Notes: generated by a model not told the origin, from the sequence alone. A stretch of 16,839 nucleotides of DNA from an uncultured Janthinobacterium sp. (GCA_964658025.1 CAZZXB010000064.1:1-16839); one strand, 5' to 3'; counted from the first letter of the stretch, positions 1-8,712 are shown. Translations and numbers: made by a program.

Positions 1-1406
1 CCGCCTCCGGCGGGGGCGAGCAGATCGTACGCCCCTTGCGATGCGATACGCTCGCCCGCTCTCACGCCGGAATCGAGGACGATCGACGTGCCGTTATCGG
101 CGCCGACGACGACGTCGCGCGAAGCGAAGGGTTGCTTGGGATCCTTCGTTCGGACGAAGACGACGGTCTTACTCGTTTGCGGGTCGGTGACGACCGCGCT
201 GCTCGGGACGAGAATCCCCGCGGCGTGGCCGACCGTGATGACGGCCGACACGGCCTCGCCCGCGATCGCGCCCGCCGGTAAGCCGCTGACGACGACCGTC
301 GACACCTGCGAGGTCGGATCGACGGCGGGCACGACGGCCGTGACGGTTCCGCTCGCGCTACGACCCTCGCGGACGAGTTTGAGCGCGACGTCGTCGCCGA
401 CGGCGACGCGCGCGACGTCGCTGCCGGGGACGCCGATCGTGATCTGTCGATCGAACGGCGGCGCGAGATCGATCACGGGGGTCGTCGGATCGATCGCCTC
501 GCCCGCGCGTTTGAGGACGGCCACGACGACGCCGTCGTTCGGCGCGCGGAGCGTTCCGGCCGCGAGCGCGTTACGAGCCGCGTTCAATTTCGCGAGCGCG
601 GAATCGCGCAACGCGGCGTTGTTGCCGCCCTGCGCCTGCGCCGTCGTGAGATCGCTCCGCGCCTGCGCGAGATCGGCATCGGCCTGACGGAGCGCCGACG
701 TATATCCGGCACGCGCGGCGGCGACCTTCGCATCGGCGCTACGCTGGTCCGCGACGTCCGCCGCGAGTAACGCTTGCGCGGTTTCGACGTCCTTGCGCGC
801 GGCGACGCCGCCCGCGAAGAGCGTTTGCGTGCGCGCGAGCGCGCTCGTGTCCGTCTGCGTTTTGAGCGCGGCCTGACGTGCGACGGCTTGAGCGGCGATC
901 GCGTCGCTGAGCGCCGCCTCGCCGCCGTGCCGGAGCCCGTCGCGATGCGCGAGGGCCGCGCGGAGTTTGAACTGCGCCGTGCGGACCGCGGCCGAGCCCG
1001 CGGCTCCGCCCGCGTACGTGGCGCTCGCGGCTTCGTAGTCCGCCCGCGCTTGCGAAACGGCGTTCGCGAGGACCGTCGGATCGAGGCTCGCGAGCGATTG
1101 GCCCGCCCGCACGCGATCGCCGACCCGCACGTCGACCGTCGCGAGGATCCCCGTGCCCGCGATCGTGAGCTTGGCATCGCTCCCGGCCGGCGGTCCGACG
1201 CGTCCTTGCGCGGCGATCGTGAGGGCGAGCGTTCCGCGCTTCGCGTCCGCGAGCGGCACCGACGGAACGTCCGCGGCGCCCGAATCCGCGGGTCCCGCGG
1301 CGGCTTTCCCGCCGGCGCGGAACGCGAACCACGCGCCGATCGCGAGCACGACGACGACGAGTACCGCGATCGCCGCGAACGGAAAACGCGCGCGAGGTTT
1401 CGTCAT
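1..1406 (-). CDS. Efflux RND transporter periplasmic adaptor subunit (MFP/HlyD family), 3'-truncated by window edge
   Basis: Manual translation from ATG at 1406 (ATGA overlap with the TolC stop): MTKPRARFPFAAIAVLVVVVLAIGAWFAF (N-terminal TM anchor), lipoyl half-motifs 'GILATVDVRVGDRVRAGQSLASLD' and 'TLRAPNDGVVVAVLKRAGEAID', hairpin tip 'RTQTLFAGGVAARKDVE', C-terminal 'SGVRAGERIASQGAYDLL'. No stop seen before base 1, which probably explains its absence from the ORF track. Confidence 0.93.
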   Translation of the reverse strand, partial: MTKPRARFPFAAIAVLVVVVLAIGAWFAFRAGGKAAAGPADSGAADVPSVPLADAKRGTLALTIAAQGRVGPPAGSDAKLTIAGTGILATVDVRVGDRVRAGQSLASLDPTVLANAVSQARADYEAASATYAGGAAGSAAVRTAQFKLRAALAHRDGLRHGGEAALSDAIAAQAVARQAALKTQTDTSALARTQTLFAGGVAARKDVETAQALLAADVADQRSADAKVAAARAGYTSALRQADADLAQARSDLTTAQAQGGNNAALRDSALAKLNAARNALAAGTLRAPNDGVVVAVLKRAGEAIDPTTPVIDLAPPFDRQITIGVPGSDVARVAVGDDVALKLVREGRSASGTVTAVVPAVDPTSQVSTVVVSGLPAGAIAGEAVSAVITVGHAAGILVPSSAVVTDPQTSKTVVFVRTKDPKQPFASRDVVVGADNGTSIVLDSGVRAGERIASQGAYDLLAPAGG

Positions 1407-2881
1407 CGACCGATCTCCAATTGTAAGGTGGCTCTCGCTTTCGCGAGGTCGTATTGCGCGGCGAGCTCGTCGATCCGCGCTTGCGTGTCGACGTCGCGCG
1501 CGCTCGCGAGTTCGAAACTCGACGACGCGCCGCTCCGATAGCCGAGTTCCGTCGCGGCGAGTTCGGCATCGGCACCGATGCGCGCGCGCGTCGATGCGGC
1601 GGCGGCGCGTTGCAACGAGCCGATCGAGCGCGCGGTCGCCGTGACTTCGAGCAACACGGCGCGCCGCGCGGCGGCCGATTTCGCACGAGCCTCGGCGACG
1701 ACCGCGCCCTGCTGGTGCAGCTTGTCCGCGCTCGCGCCGCCCACGGGGATCGTCATCGACACGTTGACGGACGGTCCGCCGATCGGAACGCCGGAGTCGG
1801 TCCCCGACGCGACGCCGGCGGAGGCGACGATCGCGGGCAATCCGGCGGCCGACGCGGCCGAGCGCGTGGCGAGCGCGGCGCTCACGCCCGCGTCGGCCGA
1901 GGCGACTTCGGCGCGAAGCTTCAGCGCCGAAGCACCGATCGCGGCGGCATCGACCGTGGCACCGGCCGTCGTCGAAGCCGAGCCCGAGGATGAAGAATCC
2001 GCGAACGGCAAAGAGGTCGACGACGGCGCCGCCGCGCGTCCCGGCGATGACGGATCCGCCGTCGATGCGGCCGATGCGTCGGTGTTCGGAGACGCCGATG
2101 CGTTCGTCGCCGTCGGCGAACCCGAGGACGGGCGATCCGGTGTCGGTGAGGCGACGGGCGTCGCGAACGTGCCGTCGCCGCGCGTCCCCGCCGGGATCGT
2201 CGCGCGCGTGGCGCGGGCGGCGCTCGCGCCGAGATTCGACGGGGGCGCGTCGTCGATCGTCGCGTCGAGATCGGCGTTCGCGGGCAAGCCCGTTTCGACG
2301 CGCAGCGCCTCGGTCGAATTCTGATCGGTCGCGCGCGCGGCTTCGAGATCGGCCGTCGCCTTCGCGACGGCGACGTCGGCGCGCAGGACGTCGAGCCGCG
2401 GCGCGTCGCCCGCGCCGAAACGCGTCTTCGCCGCGTCGAGCGCACGCTCGGCGAGTTCGAGCGCGTGTTCGCGCGCGCGCGCGATGCCGCGATCGCGCAG
2501 CGCGTCGTAATAGAGCCCGACGGTCTTCACGCGCTCCGTCCGAACCGCCACGTCGTAATCGGCGCGCGCGCCGACGAGCGCGAGCACGCCCGCGCGGACG
2601 GTCGCGCCGTAGGCGAAGAAGTCGTTGACGGTCGATTGCAGGCCGATCGTGACGATGCGCGAGACGACGTTCGGACCCGGCGGATTGCCCTGCGGGATCT
2701 GCGCGTAGTTGGCGAGGATCGACGGTACGATCCCGTCGCGATTCGCCGCGAGCGCGGCGACGCTCTGATCGATGCGCGCGCTCGCGCCCGCGACGTCGGG
2801 CGAATGCGTGACGGCGGCCGTCTGCGCGACGTCGGGTGCGAGGTTCGCGAAGCCGATCGCGGCGGCGAGGAGCGCGATCAC
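1403..2881 (-). CDS. TolC-family outer membrane efflux protein with central low-complexity insertion
   Basis: 492-aa ORF. Two OEP-type repeats with 'RFGAGDAPRLDVLRADV' and 'GYRSGASSSFELASAR', 'YYDAL', C-terminal 'AQYDLAKARATLQLEIGR'. Lies between the RND and MFP genes with 4-nt overlaps on both sides. Confidence 0.9.
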   Translation of the reverse strand: MIALLAAAIGFANLAPDVAQTAAVTHSPDVAGASARIDQSVAALAANRDGIVPSILANYAQIPQGNPPGPNVVSRIVTIGLQSTVNDFFAYGATVRAGVLALVGARADYDVAVRTERVKTVGLYYDALRDRGIARAREHALELAERALDAAKTRFGAGDAPRLDVLRADVAVAKATADLEAARATDQNSTEALRVETGLPANADLDATIDDAPPSNLGASAARATRATIPAGTRGDGTFATPVASPTPDRPSSGSPTATNASASPNTDASAASTADPSSPGRAAAPSSTSLPFADSSSSGSASTTAGATVDAAAIGASALKLRAEVASADAGVSAALATRSAASAAGLPAIVASAGVASGTDSGVPIGGPSVNVSMTIPVGGASADKLHQQGAVVAEARAKSAAARRAVLLEVTATARSIGSLQRAAAASTRARIGADAELAATELGYRSGASSSFELASARDVDTQARIDELAAQYDLAKARATLQLEIGR

Positions 2882-5800
2882 GCGCGCGCTCCGACCGTCG
2901 TCTCGATCGCGCGACGCTCGCGGCGATCGCCCATGAACGTCGCGTAGAGCACGGGGATCACGACGAGCGTGAAGATCGTCGCGGTCGAGAGGCCGCCGAT
3001 CACCGCGATCGCGAGCGGTTTCTCCATCTCGCTCCCCTGACCGATGCCGAACGCGAGCGGGAGCAGGCCGCCGATCGCGGCGAGCGTCGTCATCACGATC
3101 GGTCGCAGTCGCGTCCGACCGGCTTCGAGGAGCGCGTCTTCGAGCGACGCGCCTTCGCCGCGGCGACGATTCGCGACGTCGATCAAGAGGATCCCGTTCT
3201 TCACGACGATGCCGACGAGTAAGAGCAAGCCCATGAACGACGACACGTTGAACGCCGTGTGCGTGAGAAAGAGCGCGAGCGCGACGCCGATGAGCGCGAG
3301 CGGAATCGCCGTCAGGATGACGAGCGGTAAGCGGAACGATTTGAACGTCGCGAGGACGACCGAGAAGACGAGCATCACGGCGATCGCGATGACGCTGAGG
3401 AATTCGGCGAACGACGATTGCTGTGCGAGATACTGGCCGCCGATCTCTTCCGTATAACCCGGCGGCGGCGGATTCTTCGCGACGATCGCTTTGATCCCGG
3501 CGATGACGGACGAGAGCGACGCGCCCGAGAATCCGGCCGTCACGCGGACGATCCGTTGACCGTTCTCGTCGTTCTCGTCGGGCGCGAGCGTCGTCGGATC
3601 GATCGCGGCGAGATCGCCGAGCGAGGTCGAGCCGCCCTTCGCGTAGAGCGGTTGCGAGCCGAACGGCGCGAGCGTGGCATCGCCGACGGAGACGCGCACG
3701 GGAATCGTTTGGTTCGAGGCGCTGACCGACGTCGCGACGGAACCGCCCGCGATCGCCGAGACGGCGTCGCCGAAATCGGTCGACGCGAGCCCGAGCGCCG
3801 AAAGACGGCTCGCGCGCGGTGCGAGCCGGAGCGTCGGACTGTTGTACGAGACGCCCGCCGTCTGATCGACGACGCCCGAGACGTGCGAGATATCGTCCGC
3901 GAGTTTGTTCGAGATCGCGATGAGCGTTTTGAGATCGGGTCCGCGGACGCCGATCTCGAGCGGCGCGGGCGTTCCGGAGAGATCGTTGATGAGGTCTTCG
4001 AGAATTTGATGGAAGTCGAACGTCGCCGACGGCACTTCGGCCGAGAGCGCGTCGCGCAGGCTCGCGCTGAGTTCCTCGTAGCCGGGGCGCAGATTTTCCG
4101 CGATCAGCCGGACGCGTAAGAGTCCCTTGTTTTGCGGCGTCGGCGACACGCCGTTGGAATCGACGCCCGTGAGTCGACCGACGGACGAGACGGATTTATC
4201 GGCGAGCAACACGTGCTCCATCGTGAACGACGCCGCGTCGGTTTGCGGGAGCGCGAGTCCGGTCGGCATCGTGTAGGCGATCTCGAACTGACCTTCGTCC
4301 ATCTTCGGTAAGAAGTCGCTCGGCAACGCGGTCAACAGGAGGACCGTCACGACGAGCACGACCGCCGAACCGACGTACACGACGACGCGATGGCCGAGCG
4401 CCCAACCGAGCACGCCGTCGTAGCGTCCGAGGACGCCGCGCTTCTCTCCGGCGCGAGCGTCGTGCGGCGCGCCCTTCCGGAAAAGCGCCTGCGCGATATT
4501 CGGCGCGATGAAGAGCGCGAGCGCGAGCGACACGACGAGCGACGTCGAGAGCGTGAACGCGAGCGCGCGGAAGAAGTATCCCGTCACGCCCGAGAGCAGG
4601 CCGAGCGGGAGGAAGACGACGACGGTCGTCGTCGTCGACGCCGCCATCGCGCCGCCGATCTGCGAGAGCGCGCGCGCGATCGCGTCGCGCGGCGAGAGTT
4701 CGGGATGCTCGCGCATGTTGCGCTCGATGGCCTCGATCACGACGATCGCGTCGTCGATGATGAGTCCGACCGCGACCGCGAGGCCGCCGACCGACATCAG
4801 GTTGAGCGTCTGTCCGGCGAGGCCGAGCGCGAAGATCGCGATCGCCATCGCGATCGGGATCACGGCCGCGGCGACGAGCGTGAGCTTGAAACTGCGCAAG
4901 AAGAAGTAGATGACGACGACCGCGAGGAGCGCGCCGAGCAGGATCGCGTCGCGGAGCGATTTCTGCGATTCCACGACGAGCGTCGTCTGGTTCCAGAACT
5001 CGCGGACGGCGATCGAACTCGGGAGCGCCGCCTCGATCGCCGTCATCCGATCGCCGAGCGCCGCGGCCATCTTCACGGTATCCGCGCCGACGACGGGATA
5101 CGCGTTGATGACGACCGCGTGCGCTTCGTCGTACGATGCTTGATAGGTAACCGGCGCGACGCCGACGGCGACGGTGCCGAGCGCGGAGATCGGCACGACC
5201 GTTCCGTTCTTGTCGGTCACCCCGAGCGCCGCGATCTGACGCGGATCCTTGAGACCCGCATCGACGACGATCGCGTACTTCTGCGCGTGCGATTCGCGCA
5301 CGCCGACGGCGCGCACGGCGTTCGCGTCGCCGATCGCCTTCGCGACGTCGGCCGCGCCGATGCCGTGGATCGCGAGCGCGCCCGCATCGAGATTCACGTG
5401 GAATTCCGTATCGGGTCCGCCCGTCACGAGGACGCGGCCGAGCCCCGGGATCCCGACGAGTTTCGGCTCGATCTGATGGAGCGCGATCGTCCGCATCACG
5501 GCTTGCGAGAGCGTCTTCGACGTGAGCGCGTACGAGACGACGGGTTCGCTATTGGGATTGACCGCGCTCGCCTCGATGTTCGTGAGCCCGTCGAGCGACG
5601 AACGGATCTGCGTGATCGCCTGATCGACGAGCTGGAGGTCGGCCTGCGGCGCCGTGCTCGGATCGAAGGTGACGACGATCTCGGCCGAACCCTGACTCGA
5701 GTTCGCGGTGACCTTCGTGACGCGCGCGAGTTGTTGCATCGCCGTTTCCAGCGGCAACGCGACCGCGACGCGCACGCGATCGGGCGGCAGATCGCCCGCG

Positions 5801-5949
5801 TCGGCGACGATGTCGATCTTCGAGAAACTCATGTCGGGAAAGATCGATTGGGGCGTGACGAGGTAGGATCGAACGCCGAGAATCGTCAGCACGACCGTTA
5901 CGAAGATCAGGACCTTTGCGTTATCCAGGGCGAAGCGCGCGAGGTTCAC
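2878..5949 (-). CDS. Efflux RND transporter permease subunit (AcrB/CusA-CzcA superfamily)
   Basis: 1023-aa ORF, GTG start. 'SIFPD', TM4 'GLIIDDAIVVIE', 'VVFLPL', 'DFLPKMDEG', TM10 'GIVVKNGILL', TM11 'RLRPIVMTT', 'PLAIAVIGGLSTATIFTLVVIPVLY'. Confidence 0.97.
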   Translation of the reverse strand: MNLARFALDNAKVLIFVTVVLTILGVRSYLVTPQSIFPDMSFSKIDIVADAGDLPPDRVRVAVALPLETAMQQLARVTKVTANSSQGSAEIVVTFDPSTAPQADLQLVDQAITQIRSSLDGLTNIEASAVNPNSEPVVSYALTSKTLSQAVMRTIALHQIEPKLVGIPGLGRVLVTGGPDTEFHVNLDAGALAIHGIGAADVAKAIGDANAVRAVGVRESHAQKYAIVVDAGLKDPRQIAALGVTDKNGTVVPISALGTVAVGVAPVTYQASYDEAHAVVINAYPVVGADTVKMAAALGDRMTAIEAALPSSIAVREFWNQTTLVVESQKSLRDAILLGALLAVVVIYFFLRSFKLTLVAAAVIPIAMAIAIFALGLAGQTLNLMSVGGLAVAVGLIIDDAIVVIEAIERNMREHPELSPRDAIARALSQIGGAMAASTTTTVVVFLPLGLLSGVTGYFFRALAFTLSTSLVVSLALALFIAPNIAQALFRKGAPHDARAGEKRGVLGRYDGVLGWALGHRVVVYVGSAVVLVVTVLLLTALPSDFLPKMDEGQFEIAYTMPTGLALPQTDAASFTMEHVLLADKSVSSVGRLTGVDSNGVSPTPQNKGLLRVRLIAENLRPGYEELSASLRDALSAEVPSATFDFHQILEDLINDLSGTPAPLEIGVRGPDLKTLIAISNKLADDISHVSGVVDQTAGVSYNSPTLRLAPRASRLSALGLASTDFGDAVSAIAGGSVATSVSASNQTIPVRVSVGDATLAPFGSQPLYAKGGSTSLGDLAAIDPTTLAPDENDENGQRIVRVTAGFSGASLSSVIAGIKAIVAKNPPPPGYTEEIGGQYLAQQSSFAEFLSVIAIAVMLVFSVVLATFKSFRLPLVILTAIPLALIGVALALFLTHTAFNVSSFMGLLLLVGIVVKNGILLIDVANRRRGEGASLEDALLEAGRTRLRPIVMTTLAAIGGLLPLAFGIGQGSEMEKPLAIAVIGGLSTATIFTLVVIPVLYATFMGDRRERRAIETTVGARA

Positions 5950-5967
5950 GGCCGACTCACGTCCGGG

Positions 5968-6000
5968 ATTCTACTCGCTTTAGGTCGAGAATTCGTGTAG
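5968..6000 (-). promoter_or_regulatory. Candidate internal promoter for the pump genes: -10 TAGAAT plus an 11-bp-spaced imperfect direct repeat over the -35 position
   Basis: Minus strand reads CTACAC-GAATT-CTCGAC-CTAAAGCGAG-TAGAAT. TAGAAT (5973-5968) matches TATAAT at 5/6 and is rare in this GC-rich context. Confidence 0.4.
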
Positions 6001-7185
6001 GGCGCGCTGCGGCGGCCGACTCGGAAGCCATACCGTGAACTCGCTCCCCCGTTCCGGGGCGCTCCGCACGGAGATATCGCCGCCGTGTCGGCGCACGAGC
6101 GCCCGGACGATCGCGAGCCCGAGCCCCGTGCCCGTATCGCTCGTGCGCACCGCGTCGCTCCGCCAGAAGCGTTCGAAGATGCGGGAGACCTCGCCCGGGT
6201 CGATGCCGACGCCCGTATCGCGGACGCGCACGCAGACGCCGCCGCGCTCCACGATGCACGTCACGTCGACGCGACCGCCCGTGGGCGTGAAGCGCACCGC
6301 GTTGTCGACGAGGTTGCCGAGCACGCGATCGATCTCCGCGGGATCGCCGTACACCCGCGCGCGTTCGGCCGCCTCCGCCTCGAGTCCGACGCCTTTCGCG
6401 GCGGCGGTGGCCCGGCGGGCGCCGACGATGTCGAGGACGCGTCGGTCGAGATCGATCGCGTGGAGGTCGCGCGCGAGCGGTCGTTCCGCGCGGGCGATCA
6501 ACAAGAGATCGTCGACGGTCCGCGACATCGCGCGCGCCGTCGCGTCGACGGCTTCGAGGTGACGTCGGTGCGTCGGCGACAGATCGGCCGCGTCGCGTAG
6601 GCTCGCGTCGGCGTTCCCCCGGATCGCGGCGAGCGGACCGCGGAGTTCGTGCGCGGCGTCGGCCGTGAAATCGCGGAGCGTCCGCATCGATGCGACGACG
6701 CGCGCGATCGCGCGTCGTGCGAAGTAACGGCCGCCGAAGCCCGCGATCACGAGCGAGACGAGAAAGCCCGCCGCGAGGCCGACGTCGACGCGCGCGAGCG
6801 CGCGCCGTTCGGGCGCCGTCGAAATCGCCGCGAGGACGACGTCGCTCGGATCGCCCTGCCCGCGCGTCGCGACGTCGGGTCCGACGACGCTTCCGACGTG
6901 CGCGATCTCGCGCCCGGCGAGGTCGCGCCACGTCACGCGTTCGAGGTGCGGATCGGAGAGTTGGATGTCGTCGCGCTCGACGTCGTAGCGACCGTGGTGG
7001 AACTTGATCGAGGCGCGGCCCTGCGCCACGAGATCGTTCAGGCGCCCGTCCACGTCGCGCTGGACGTCCAAGACGAACGCGACGTGAACGGCGAGTGCGA
7101 ACGCGACGAGCACGATCGCGAACGCTCCGAGATACGAGAGCGCGAGCCGTCGTTCGAGTCCGCGCGTTTCGCTAACGATGGTCAC
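5980..7185 (-). CDS. Two-component sensor histidine kinase (HisKA + HATPase_c), two TM helices
   Basis: H-box 'FTADAAHELRGPL', N-box 'VLGNLVDNAVRFT', G1 'VRDTGVGI', F 'IFERFWR', G2 'GTGLGLAIV'. GTG start overlaps the regulator stop (GTGA). Confidence 0.97.
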   Translation of the reverse strand: MTIVSETRGLERRLALSYLGAFAIVLVAFALAVHVAFVLDVQRDVDGRLNDLVAQGRASIKFHHGRYDVERDDIQLSDPHLERVTWRDLAGREIAHVGSVVGPDVATRGQGDPSDVVLAAISTAPERRALARVDVGLAAGFLVSLVIAGFGGRYFARRAIARVVASMRTLRDFTADAAHELRGPLAAIRGNADASLRDAADLSPTHRRHLEAVDATARAMSRTVDDLLLIARAERPLARDLHAIDLDRRVLDIVGARRATAAAKGVGLEAEAAERARVYGDPAEIDRVLGNLVDNAVRFTPTGGRVDVTCIVERGGVCVRVRDTGVGIDPGEVSRIFERFWRSDAVRTSDTGTGLGLAIVRALVRRHGGDISVRSAPERGSEFTVWLPSRPPQRALHEFST

Positions 7186-7859
7186 GGCGCTTCGGCGAGA
7201 CGATATCCGTTTCCGTAGAGCGTTTCGATCGGTTCGTACGTGAGGCCGCCCTTTTCGAGCTTGCGACGCAGGTTCGCGATGTGCGTCTTGATCGACTCGT
7301 CGGCGGGCGCGCGTTCGATCGACGCGATCTTCTCGAGCAACATCGCGCGCGAGAACACGCGCAGGGGTTCGCGCATGAGCGTCTCGACGAGCGCGAATTC
7401 GGTCGGCGTGAGCGCGACGGGACGGCCGTCGACGCGGACGCGCATCTCGGTGGGATCGAGCGAGAGCTGACCGCTGCGCAACACGTTCTCGCGAACCGGA
7501 TTCTGGCGCCGGCGGAGCGCGCGCAAGCGCGCGGAGAGTTCGGCGAGTTCGAACGGCTTCACGAGATAGTCGTCGGCGCCCGCATCGAGACCCGTCACCT
7601 TGTCGCCCGTCGTGTCGCGCGCCGTGAGCATGAGGATCATCGCGTCGGAGCGTTCCGCGCGGAGGCGGCGACAGATCGAGAGGCCGTCGATGCCCGGGAG
7701 CATGACGTCGAGCAGGACGGCGTCGTAGGCGCCGCCGAGCGCGTATTCCAGCCCCATCTGGCCGTCGTTCGCGACGTCGACGACGTGGCGTTGTCGGCGG
7801 AGGTCGTCCGCGACGGGGTCCGCGATCCGAACGTCGTCTTCGACGATTAAAATTCGCAC
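7182..7859 (-). CDS. OmpR/PhoB-family DNA-binding response regulator
   Basis: 'RILIVEDD', phospho-Asp 'LLDVMLP', 'LTARD', 'GADDYLVKPF', wHTH 'LTPTEFALV...IKTHIANLRRKL...IETLYGNGYRL'. Start placed at GTG 7859, where the receiver domain begins, rather than at 7898. Confidence 0.96.
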   Translation of the reverse strand: MRILIVEDDVRIADPVADDLRRQRHVVDVANDGQMGLEYALGGAYDAVLLDVMLPGIDGLSICRRLRAERSDAMILMLTARDTTGDKVTGLDAGADDYLVKPFELAELSARLRALRRRQNPVRENVLRSGQLSLDPTEMRVRVDGRPVALTPTEFALVETLMREPLRVFSRAMLLEKIASIERAPADESIKTHIANLRRKLEKGGLTYEPIETLYGNGYRLAEAP

Positions 7860-7937
7860 GCCGGGGTGCTTCGTGCTCCGAACCCGTTTGTGCTCCACAC
7901 AGGCCCCGCGTCGCGGTCGTCCGTAGTCAGCCGGTCG

Positions 7938-8690
7938 ATGGAACGTTCCGAAAGCAAGCCTCCCGCACGCGACGGTCGCGTGTACGTCCTCGGGGGCAAC
8001 GCGAGCACCCTCGCCTTCGTCTCGTCGCTACGCCCGGAGAAGGGCCAGGTGACGGCCTGGCTCGTCCCGCTCGCGTGGACGCCGGTCGGCGTGACGCTCG
8101 GCGAGGGCTGGCAGCGCGTGAGCATCGCGGCCGACAACATCGGCGGGTGGGTCGACTCGACGTTTCCGGCCGAGGACGAGCGATCGTTCGTGACGCCGCT
8201 CCGCGATCTCGAGATGCTCCTGCGCGTCGGATGGCACGCCGACGTGCCGGAGAAGATCCTCGAAACCCACCTCGTGAATCCCGAAGACGTGCCCGAAGAC
8301 GTGCTCGACGGGATCGAGCATCCGGTCGAACCGCTCACGCAGTGCGCCGTCTGCCGGCGGATGTGCGTGCGCGATCATTTCGCGTGGAACGACCGCCAGC
8401 TCTGCGCGTGGGATTTCCACGCGACCGTTTTCGGCAAACGCGGACCGTGGCACGACGGCGCGTACGAGGAGCGCTTTTTCGAGACGCTGCCGCGCGCCGC
8501 GTACGTCGCGCCGGGCCTTCTGACCGAACTCGACGTCGCGCCCGTGCTCTCGGTCGCGGATCTCCCCGAAGATCGCATGCGCGCGCTCGTCAACCTCGCG
8601 ATCGGCGAGGGCGACGCCTCGGCGTATCTCGCCGTCCGCACCGACGACGGCCTGACGGTCCTGCGCGAACGACCGCCCGTAACGACCTGA
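7938..8690 (+). CDS. Hypothetical protein with C-x2-C-x16-C-x2-D putative zinc finger
   Basis: 250-aa ORF from ATG 7938 with globular, Trp-containing composition and codon usage like its neighbours. It fills the gap between the regulator and pbpA. No family recognised. Confidence 0.8.
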   Translation: MERSESKPPARDGRVYVLGGNASTLAFVSSLRPEKGQVTAWLVPLAWTPVGVTLGEGWQRVSIAADNIGGWVDSTFPAEDERSFVTPLRDLEMLLRVGWHADVPEKILETHLVNPEDVPEDVLDGIEHPVEPLTQCAVCRRMCVRDHFAWNDRQLCAWDFHATVFGKRGPWHDGAYEERFFETLPRAAYVAPGLLTELDVAPVLSVADLPEDRMRALVNLAIGEGDASAYLAVRTDDGLTVLRERPPVTT

Positions 8691-8712
8691 GCGCGCCCGG
8701 CGTTTCTCGGAG

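Noticed and set aside
36..6000. Long alternative-frame and antisense ORFs over the pump genes (e.g. 4390..6000 +, 774..1541 +, 739..1686 -)
   Set aside because: Arg-rich or shadow translations expected from stop-codon scarcity in high-GC DNA. They overlap well-supported genes and show no motifs.
7860..7937. Extended starts (regulator at 7898, hypothetical at 7866) and three GTGCT(C/T)C repeats in the divergent gap
   Set aside because: The extensions would overlap head-to-head and add non-conserved residues. The repeats are short and irregularly spaced, too weak to call an operator.
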